From positions 9,962-73,961 of the forward strand of contig JAFQHV010000007.1 of the NCBI GenBank assembly GCA_017397835.1: a stretch of 64,000 nucleotides of DNA. The letters are read 5' to 3'. Within the stretch, counting starts at the first letter, position 1; every line of letters starts with the position of its first letter. Both the position numbers and the translations under genes were made by a program. Positions 57,541-64,000 of this stretch are shown here, in pieces. The notes beneath the pieces were generated by a model. That model did not search any database, was not told where the DNA came from, and saw nothing but the letters and a program-made list of their open reading frames with translations. The DNA comes from Oscillospiraceae bacterium (GTDB lineage Bacteria; Bacillota; Clostridia; Oscillospirales; Oscillospiraceae).

Positions 57541-57569
57541 TTGCGTGGCAGGGGGAAATGTGGTAGAAT
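57541..57569 (+). promoter_or_regulatory. Sigma-A-type promoter (extended -10) for ruvC operon
   Basis: TTGCGT-17 nt-TAGAAT with TGg directly upstream of the -10. It lies about 30 nt before ruvC. Confidence 0.55.
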
Positions 57570-57597
57570 TTTTTATTATTAGGTAAGAGGTGGGAGT

Positions 57598-58119
57598 ATG
57601 GTCATTTTGGGCGTTGACCCGGGTGTTGCAACCATCGGATTCGGCCTTGTACGGGTCGAGCGCGGCACCAACACACTGCTCCAATACGGCGTGATCACCA
57701 CCCCCGCCGGTATCCCGCTGTCCCGGCGGCTTTTGCAGATTTCCCGGGACATGGACGAACTGCTGGCCCGATTCAAGCCGGACGAGCTGGCGGTGGAGGA
57801 GCTGTTCTTCACCAAAAATATCACCACCGGCATCTCGGTGGCCCACGGGCGCGGTGTGATTCTGCTCTCGGCGGAGAAGGCGGGCGTACCCATCTACGAG
57901 TATACTCCCATGCAGGTCAAACAGGCGGTCGCCGGTTACGGAGGCGCCCAGAAGCGGCAGGTCATGCTGATGACCCAGCGGCTGCTCAGCATGAAAGAGA
58001 TCCCCAAACCTGACGATGCGGCAGACGCGCTGGCTCTTGCCATCTGTCACGGAAGAGCCGCCACGTCCCTGCTGAATACCGAGCGGGTGTTTGATGCCGG
58101 GAAATACAACACGAGGTAA
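57598..58119 (+). CDS. ruvC: Crossover junction endodeoxyribonuclease RuvC
   Basis: 173 aa with 'ILGVDPG...GFG', 'AVEELFF' and 'PDDAADALALAICH'. Confidence 0.95.
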   Translation: MVILGVDPGVATIGFGLVRVERGTNTLLQYGVITTPAGIPLSRRLLQISRDMDELLARFKPDELAVEELFFTKNITTGISVAHGRGVILLSAEKAGVPIYEYTPMQVKQAVAGYGGAQKRQVMLMTQRLLSMKEIPKPDDAADALALAICHGRAATSLLNTERVFDAGKYNTR

Positions 58120-58131
58120 GAGGTAACGACT

Positions 58132-58743
58132 ATGTTTTATTACCTGTCCGGAACGGTTGCGCACATCGGCCCCAATCTGGCGGTCATCGACTGCGGCGGC
58201 GTTGGCTACGCCTGCTCCACCACCACAACGACCTTGTCCACCCTGAAAAAGGGGGAGAAGGGTATGCTGTTCACCCACCTGAACGTCCGGGAGGACGGGG
58301 TGGAGCTGTTTGGCTTCGCCGGGCAGGACGAGCTAAACCTGTTCCGTCTGCTGCTGGGTGTGTCCGGCGTGGGACCCAAAGCAGCCCTGTCCATCCTGTC
58401 CGCCAGTACCCCGGCCAATCTTGCCCTGTCCATCATCACCGGGGATGAGAAGGCGCTGACCGTGGCTCCCGGCATCGGCAAGAAGATTGCCCAGCGGGTC
58501 ATTTTGGAGCTGAAGGACAAGTTGGCCAAGGATCAGTCCTTTGCCACCGGCGGGGGAGAGAGTTATGCCGGCACCGGCGTTACGGTTATCCCGGAAAACA
58601 AGCTGTCCGAGGCTACCGCCGCCCTTGCGGTGTTGGGCTACTCCACGGCAGAGAGTGCCGCTGCCCTGCGTGGCATTGACATGGAGAATTTGACGTTGGA
58701 ACAGATCATCAAGCAGGCGCTGAAGGCCATGATGAAAGCATAA
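58132..58743 (+). CDS. ruvA: Holliday junction branch migration protein RuvA
   Basis: 203 aa with 'MFYYLSG', 'LLLGVSGVGPKAALSIL' and 'GIGKKIAQRVILELKDK'. Confidence 0.96.
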   Translation: MFYYLSGTVAHIGPNLAVIDCGGVGYACSTTTTTLSTLKKGEKGMLFTHLNVREDGVELFGFAGQDELNLFRLLLGVSGVGPKAALSILSASTPANLALSIITGDEKALTVAPGIGKKIAQRVILELKDKLAKDQSFATGGGESYAGTGVTVIPENKLSEATAALAVLGYSTAESAAALRGIDMENLTLEQIIKQALKAMMKA

Positions 58744-58756
58744 GAGGAGCGATACC

Positions 58757-59476
58757 ATGAGTGAAAACGTCTGGGAAGGCTTTGAAGTAGAGGAGTTTCC
58801 CTTTGAAGATCAGGTTGGCACCATCATTTACCCCAATGTTACTCCCAACGGACGTTTGGTGCTGAAAGGGGAGTATCGGGATGCGTTCCCCAAATTTGAG
58901 CGGATGATGCTGGAGCGGGGCTATTACGTTATCAACGTGACCCACCGCAACCGCTACGCCCCCGCCGACTGCGTAGAAATGACCGCCCGATTTGTGTATC
59001 ACGTGGCGGAGCGGCTCAACGCCGATAAGCGGTGTATCATGGTGGGCATGAGTGCCGGCGGCACCATGTCGGCCAAGCTTGCAGCTTATCACCCGGAGCT
59101 GGCGGCGGTACTGTATCTGGATGCCCCCGGTCTGAACTTGTTGAGTTTGGCGGGTCTTGGTCAGCGTGAGGTGCCCGGCCACGTGTGGCAGGAGCTGGTC
59201 AATGGCTACGGCTTTGACCGCATTACCCTTATCAACCACCGGGACAGTCCCATCGACCATCTGGATAAGCTGATCGCCAACGATATCCCTGTTATTATGG
59301 TCTACGGCAATCGCGACGTCATCGCCCCTTATTGCGAGAACGGTAAGGTGCTGGAGGACTACTACCGCGCCCACAACGGTACCTTGAAGGTTATCGAGAA
59401 GTCCATGTGTGGTCACCACCCCCACGGCCTGGACGACCCCACACCTATCATCGAATTTGTGGAACAGTTTATGTGA
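58757..59476 (+). CDS. Alpha/beta-fold serine hydrolase, tandem paralog 1
   Basis: 239 aa with nucleophile elbow 'GMSAGG', 'YGNRDVIAP' (Asp) and 'GHHPHG' (His). It aligns without gaps to the next two genes. Confidence 0.75.
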   Translation: MSENVWEGFEVEEFPFEDQVGTIIYPNVTPNGRLVLKGEYRDAFPKFERMMLERGYYVINVTHRNRYAPADCVEMTARFVYHVAERLNADKRCIMVGMSAGGTMSAKLAAYHPELAAVLYLDAPGLNLLSLAGLGQREVPGHVWQELVNGYGFDRITLINHRDSPIDHLDKLIANDIPVIMVYGNRDVIAPYCENGKVLEDYYRAHNGTLKVIEKSMCGHHPHGLDDPTPIIEFVEQFM

Positions 59477-59491
59477 AAGGGAGATGCGGCT

Positions 59492-60211
59492 ATGATTGAC
59501 GCGTGTTTCAGTGCCTTTAAAGGCGAAGAGTTCCAGTTCGAGGATCAGACGGCCACCGTTCTGTACCCCGATGGCGCTCCCAATGGGAAGATTGTATTCC
59601 GCACCGAGTATTTGGGTGCGTTTCCTAACTTCGAGCAGGAGATGCTCCGCAGAGGGTATTACGTCATCAACGTGACCCACCCCAACTACTATGCTGAGTA
59701 CGAGCACATTCATCAGATGGCTCGCTTCGTCCGTGAAATGGCGGCGAAGCTGGGCGCCAGCGAGAAGTGCATTCTCTCCGGTGTCAGTGCCGGCGGTCTG
59801 CAGGCGTTCCGCTTTGCGCTGTTGTATCCGGAACTGGTTTCTGTGGCCTACTTGGATGCGCCAGTGCTGAATCTGCTGAGCTTGGCCGGCTTTGGTGATG
59901 CAGAGCGGGACGAGGCGCTTTGGCGCAACTTGAGCCGCATCTGCAACTTTACCGAATCCAGCATCCTCATTTATCGGGACAGCCCCATCGACCATCTGGA
60001 CGAGTTCATGAAGCTGGATATTCCCGTGGTTATGGTCTACGGCGACAGCGACACTGTGGTGCCCTACCACGAGAACGGCAAGGTGCTGGAGGATTACTAC
60101 GAGGCCCACGGCGGCAAGCTGGCCGTCTTTGGCAAAGCGGGGTGCGACCACCACCCCCACGGGTTGGAAGATCCCACCCCCATCGTTGAATTTGTGGAAC
60201 AGTTCGTTTGA
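59492..60211 (+). CDS. Alpha/beta-fold serine hydrolase, tandem paralog 2
   Basis: 239 aa with 'GVSAGG', 'YGDSDTVVP' and 'DHHPHG'. It shares blocks 'EEF.FEDQ', 'LDAP.LNLLSLAG', 'SPIDHLD', 'ENGKVLEDYY' and 'DPTPI.EFVEQF' with the other paralogs. Confidence 0.75.
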   Translation: MIDACFSAFKGEEFQFEDQTATVLYPDGAPNGKIVFRTEYLGAFPNFEQEMLRRGYYVINVTHPNYYAEYEHIHQMARFVREMAAKLGASEKCILSGVSAGGLQAFRFALLYPELVSVAYLDAPVLNLLSLAGFGDAERDEALWRNLSRICNFTESSILIYRDSPIDHLDEFMKLDIPVVMVYGDSDTVVPYHENGKVLEDYYEAHGGKLAVFGKAGCDHHPHGLEDPTPIVEFVEQFV

Positions 60212-60246
60212 CGAACCGTTATATTGGAGAAAAGAGGAGAATCGTT

Positions 60247-60963
60247 ATGCACGAGATTTGGAAAGACTTTAAGGGCGAGGAATTTACGTTCGAGGACCAG
60301 CTGGCCACCGTTCTGTACCCCACGGTGGAGCCCAACGGCAAGATGGTGCTGAAGACCGAGTATCTGGATGCGTTCCCCATGTTTGAGCAGGCCATGCTCC
60401 GCCGGGGTTACCACGTCATCAACATCACCCACGCCAACCGCTGGGCCCCCGACCACACCATCCATCAGATGGCCCGGTTTGTCCGCGCCATGGCCGAGAA
60501 GCTGAACTGCAGCGAGAAGGTCATCCCCGCCGGTATGAGCTGCGGCGGTCTGCAGGCGGCCCGTTTGGCCCAGCTCTATCCCGAGCTGGTCCCCGTTATG
60601 TACATCGATGCCCCCGCCCTGAACATCCTGAGTCTGGCCGGTCTGGGCGACGCGGAGTTCAGTGCCGGTATGTGGAATGAGATGGTCAGCGCTTACGGCT
60701 TTAACAAGTCCACCGTGGTGGCCTTCCGCGGCAGCCCCATCGACCATTTGGACAAGCTGATCGAGCACAACATCCCCGTTATCATGCTCTACGGCGATGC
60801 CGATACCGTGGTACCCTATCACGAGAACGGCAAGGTGCTGGAGGACTATTACAAGGCTCACGGCGGCACCATCAAGGTCATTGAGAAGTCCATGGTGGGC
60901 CACCATCCCCACTCTCTGCAGGATCCCACCCCCATCATTGAGTTTGTGGAGCAGTTTGTTTGA
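60247..60963 (+). CDS. Alpha/beta-fold serine hydrolase, tandem paralog 3
   Basis: ATG 60247 lies 7 nt after a GAGGAG SD; the 60208 ORF start overlaps paralog 2. Contains 'GMSCGG', 'YGDADTVVP' and 'GHHPHS'. Confidence 0.75.
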   Translation: MHEIWKDFKGEEFTFEDQLATVLYPTVEPNGKMVLKTEYLDAFPMFEQAMLRRGYHVINITHANRWAPDHTIHQMARFVRAMAEKLNCSEKVIPAGMSCGGLQAARLAQLYPELVPVMYIDAPALNILSLAGLGDAEFSAGMWNEMVSAYGFNKSTVVAFRGSPIDHLDKLIEHNIPVIMLYGDADTVVPYHENGKVLEDYYKAHGGTIKVIEKSMVGHHPHSLQDPTPIIEFVEQFV

Positions 60964-60981
60964 TACCTACGGAGGTGCTCT

Positions 60982-61320
60982 ATGGCGAAATACGAACGTA
61001 CTCTGCGCGGTGATTTCGATGCGGCTTTGCGCTATTTCCACGAGGGTATTTTGAACGGCAGCATGTCTGCCAGTTACGAGGACGAGAGTTATACCATGTT
61101 TGCCGGCGTGCGCTGCTGTGTCCGCGTCTACGAGCGGTACAGCTACACCGGCAGCAACCGCCTTTCCCTGACCCTGATGCTGGTGGGGGATGGGGAGGAG
61201 CTGCACGTGTCTGCCATCACCTCCGGCGGAAGCCAGGGCGTGTTTTTCAAGTTCAACACCTGGGGTGAGCACAGCTTCTTGGATAAGTTCCGGGAGTTGG
61301 TGGAGCGTTACCCAGGCTAA
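60982..61320 (+). CDS. Small protein of unknown function (possibly DUF6054 family)
   Basis: 112 aa, soluble, with a GGAGGTG SD. 'AKYERTLRGDFD...RVYERYSYTGSNR.SL...SAITSGGSQGVFFKFNTWGE' resembles the DUF6054 family (from memory). Confidence 0.5.
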   Translation: MAKYERTLRGDFDAALRYFHEGILNGSMSASYEDESYTMFAGVRCCVRVYERYSYTGSNRLSLTLMLVGDGEELHVSAITSGGSQGVFFKFNTWGEHSFLDKFRELVERYPG

Positions 61321-61350
61321 ACACGGCAGAATAAGACAGGAAGTGACCCT

Positions 61351-62415
61351 ATGGCCATTGATTTTTCCACAACTGAATTTGACACCGAGGAATTTCAGCC
61401 CCTTGTTACCACGTCCCTGACCGGCCTTGATGAGGGGGAGCAGAACCTGCGGCCCCGTACCCTTGCCGACTACATCGGGCAGGAAAAGGCCAAGGGCAAT
61501 CTGGAAATCTTCATTCAGGCCGCCAAGATGCGAAACGAGCCCCTGGACCACGTGCTGCTGCACGGCCCTCCGGGTCTGGGTAAAACCACGCTCAGCGGCA
61601 TCATCGCCAACGAGATGGGGGTCAACGTGCGTATCACCTCCGGCCCCGCCATTGAAAAGGCGGGAGATTTGGCGGCGCTGCTGACCAACCTGCAGGAGAA
61701 TGACATCCTCTTTGTGGACGAGATCCATCGGCTCAACCGGGCGGTGGAGGAGGTCCTGTACCCCGCCATGGAGGACTACGCCATCGACATCATCATTGGC
61801 AAGGGACCCTCGGCCAACTCCGTGCGCCTTGATCTGCCCAAATTCACCCTTGTGGGCGCTACCACCCGGGCGGGCCAGTTGTCCGCGCCCCTGAGGGACC
61901 GCTTCGGCGTTACCCTGCGGCTGGAGCTGTACACCCCGGAGGAGCTGGCGCAGATCGTTATGCGCTCGGCGGGTATTTTGGATGTGCCCATTGAGTATGA
62001 GGGGGCGCTGGAAATCGCCCGCCGTTCCCGCGGCACGCCCCGTATTGCCAACCGTATGCTGCGCCGTGTGCGTGACTTTGCGCAGGTCAAGGCAGGGGGC
62101 GTCATCACCAAAGAGGTGGCCGACCGCGCCCTGACCGCGCTGGAGATCGACGCGCTGGGCCTTGACAGTATCGACCACCGGATGCTTCACAGCATCATCG
62201 AGAATTATAGGGGCGGTCCCGTGGGTCTTGATACCCTCGCCGCCACCATCAACGAAGAGGCAGTGACATTGGAGGATGTGTACGAGCCGTATCTGATGCA
62301 GCTTGGCTTCCTCACCCGCACGCCCCGGGGGCGCTGCGTGACCCCAAAGGCATACGAGTATCTCGGTCTGTCCGTTCCCGGCGGCTGCGGCTGTCCGGAA
62401 CAGCTCAGCTTTTGA
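61351..62415 (+). CDS. ruvB: Holliday junction branch migration DNA helicase RuvB
   Basis: 354 aa with 'LRPRTL..YIGQ', Walker A 'GPPGLGKTT', 'FVDEIHRL' and 'GTPRIANR'. Confidence 0.97.
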   Translation: MAIDFSTTEFDTEEFQPLVTTSLTGLDEGEQNLRPRTLADYIGQEKAKGNLEIFIQAAKMRNEPLDHVLLHGPPGLGKTTLSGIIANEMGVNVRITSGPAIEKAGDLAALLTNLQENDILFVDEIHRLNRAVEEVLYPAMEDYAIDIIIGKGPSANSVRLDLPKFTLVGATTRAGQLSAPLRDRFGVTLRLELYTPEELAQIVMRSAGILDVPIEYEGALEIARRSRGTPRIANRMLRRVRDFAQVKAGGVITKEVADRALTALEIDALGLDSIDHRMLHSIIENYRGGPVGLDTLAATINEEAVTLEDVYEPYLMQLGFLTRTPRGRCVTPKAYEYLGLSVPGGCGCPEQLSF

Positions 62416-62477
62416 TCGGATCCAAAACGGGGTTGGAAACCCGTGATATAGGAGAAAGTTGAAAAGGAGTGCTTTAT

Positions 62478-63836
62478 ATGGGAAAATTGTTCGGAACTGA
62501 CGGCATCCGTGGCGTGGTCAACGCCGGCCTGGATGCAGACCTGGCCTATAAGGTTGGCTTGGCTGCGGCGCAGGTGCTGTCCAAGGGAAAGAAGAAAGGG
62601 GAGAAGCCCCTTGTTACCATCGGTAAGGACACCCGCATTTCCGGCGACCTGCTGAAAGGGTCCCTGATCGCCGGCCTGTGTACCGCCGGTGCAGACGTGC
62701 TGGATCTTGGCACGCTGCCCACACCCGGCGTGGCCTGGGTCACCGTGGATCAGAAGGCGGATGCCGGCATCGTCATCTCCGCCAGCCACAACCCCTTTGA
62801 GCACAACGGGATCAAGATCTTCAACGGTCAGGGCTTCAAGCTGTCCGACGAGCTGGAGGAGAAAATTGAGGAGATCGTCCTCTTCGGTCACAACAACGTT
62901 CCCATGAAGAGCCATGCCGACATTGGTCGGGTGACCTATATGGCTGAAAAGGCCAGCGAGGACTATATCGATCATCTGGAGGACAGCGTGGATTCTACGC
63001 TGGGCGGTCTGCGTATTTTGGTGGACTGCGCCAACGGTGCCGCTTCCGCTACCGCGCGGCGGCTGTTCAACCGCTTTTCCAAGCTGCGTGTGGACATCAT
63101 CAACGCCGACCCCGACGGTGTGAATATCAACACCAAGTGCGGATCCACCCATATGGACGCTTTGGCAGCCATGGTCACCGCCGGCGGCTACGATCTGGGT
63201 ATTGCCTTTGACGGCGATGCCGACCGCTGCCTTGCGGTGGATGAGATGGGCAACCTCATTGACGGTGACCGTATTATGGCTGCTTGCGGTTTGGACCTGA
63301 AGAAAAAGGGTAAGCTGTCGGGTGATACCATCGTGGCAACCGTCATGTCCAATCTGGGTCTGCACGTGTGGTCCAAGGAGAATGGCCTGAAGCTGGAGTG
63401 TACCGCCGTAGGCGACCGCAACGTGTTGGAGTGCATGGTGGAACACGGTTATGCTATTGGCGGTGAGCAGTCCGGTCACATGATCTTCCTGGAGCACGCC
63501 ACCACCGGCGACGGCCAGTTGACCGCCCTGCAGATTTTGGCTCTGCTCAAGCAGGACGGGAAGAAGGCCAGCGAGATTTTTGGTGTCTGTCCCCGTTATC
63601 CGCAGGCGCTGATCAACGTCACCGTTGCGGACAACGACGTAAAGAAGGCGATTATGGCCAGCGATAAGCTGTGGGATGCCGTCAAGGCGGAGGAGGCAGC
63701 TTTGAACGGAAAGGGGCGCATTTTGGTCCGTCCTTCCGGTACCGAGGCGCTCATGCGCGTGATGGTAGAGGCAGAAACCGAGCAGGCCGCGCAGGACTGT
63801 GCCCAGCGGCTGGCCGATTTGGTCAAAAGCCTGTAA
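62478..63836 (+). CDS. glmM: Phosphoglucosamine mutase
   Basis: Contains 'GKLFGTDGIRG', phosphoserine loop 'SASHNP' and 'DGDADR'. Confidence 0.96.
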   Translation: MGKLFGTDGIRGVVNAGLDADLAYKVGLAAAQVLSKGKKKGEKPLVTIGKDTRISGDLLKGSLIAGLCTAGADVLDLGTLPTPGVAWVTVDQKADAGIVISASHNPFEHNGIKIFNGQGFKLSDELEEKIEEIVLFGHNNVPMKSHADIGRVTYMAEKASEDYIDHLEDSVDSTLGGLRILVDCANGAASATARRLFNRFSKLRVDIINADPDGVNINTKCGSTHMDALAAMVTAGGYDLGIAFDGDADRCLAVDEMGNLIDGDRIMAACGLDLKKKGKLSGDTIVATVMSNLGLHVWSKENGLKLECTAVGDRNVLECMVEHGYAIGGEQSGHMIFLEHATTGDGQLTALQILALLKQDGKKASEIFGVCPRYPQALINVTVADNDVKKAIMASDKLWDAVKAEEAALNGKGRILVRPSGTEALMRVMVEAETEQAAQDCAQRLADLVKSL

Positions 63837-63949
63837 TTGCACGAAAATAGGCGAAAAGTAACGATATTAGCGTGAGAAAACAAACTTTTTTTACAAAAAC
63901 ATCTTGACAAAGCTATGGGAATTTATTAAACTGTTCAAGGAGTAAAAGC

Positions 63950-64000
63950 ATGAGTAGTGTCCAAACAGACCTCCATACCCGCACCGATGAGCAGCTTTGC
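63950..64000 (+). CDS. 5' end of an unidentified gene (truncated by window edge)
   Basis: ATG 8 nt after an AAGGAG SD, preceded by TTGACA-17 nt-TAAACT. Only 17 codons are visible. Confidence 0.3.
   Translation, partial: MSSVQTDLHTRTDEQLC

Noticed and set aside
57503-57597. LexA/SOS (Cheo-type GAAC-N4-GTTC) box upstream of ruvC-ruvA.
   Set aside because: No GAAC...GTTC palindrome is present in the divergent region. Only a sigma-A-like extended -10 promoter is evident.
63837-63949. Possible glmS ribozyme or another RNA element downstream of glmM.
   Set aside because: The sequence is A-rich with no conserved glmS core and no pseudoknot-forming segments. It is better explained as a TTGACA-17-TAAACT promoter plus the SD for the truncated next gene.
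1-64000. Window-wide scan for CRISPR arrays, IS elements or transposases, toxin-antitoxin pairs, restriction-modification systems or known defence genes.
   Set aside because: I saw no spaced direct-repeat array, no transposase or reverse-transcriptase motifs and no defence-type domains. The only repeats are in-frame coding repeats (tig tail, S1 acidic tail), the three paralogous hydrolase genes and the 10-nt TTGACATAAA duplication.

Overview
This is a GC-rich core-chromosome segment from a spore-forming Firmicute of the class Clostridia (Oscillospiraceae/Ruminococcaceae-like by gene content and synteny; no search was run). I call about 71 protein genes and one tRNA-Ser(GGA). I found no rRNA, CRISPR array, IS element, transposase, prophage block or recognisable defence system.

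Genes from 1765 to 39149 all lie on the + strand. Many are joined by 4-nt start/stop overlaps. They are housekeeping genes: rplS, rbgA-rnhB-yraN, thrC, tig-clpP-clpX-lon-engB, scpA-scpB-ytfI-ytfJ, cmk-plsC-ispH::S1, and pyrH-frr-uppS-cdsA-dxr-rseP-ispG-polC. The rest of the window holds rsmA, asd-dapA-dapB, queA-tgt-yajC, spoIIM-xerD, ruvC-ruvA...ruvB and glmM. Sporulation genes are scattered throughout: sigG, ylmC/ymxH-like, ytfI/ytfJ, a PBP5-type carboxypeptidase, SleB-like and SpoIID-like enzymes, and spoIIM.

The window is mostly ordinary. The loci that least fit the core pattern are:
- A 2.6-kb insert splitting ruvA from ruvB. It carries three tandem paralogous alpha/beta serine hydrolases plus a small protein of unknown function.
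- A LarA-type nickel-pincer racemase homolog translationally coupled to an ECF-type S-component, with no larBCE nearby.
- A trigger factor with a repetitive Lys/Ala/Pro tail of about 77 aa.
- A signal-less amidase-SH3 enzyme behind a mother-cell-type promoter match.
- Several AT-rich or structured intergenic regions.

All calls rest on motif recognition by eye and the supplied ORF track. No database search, alignment or RNA folding was run.
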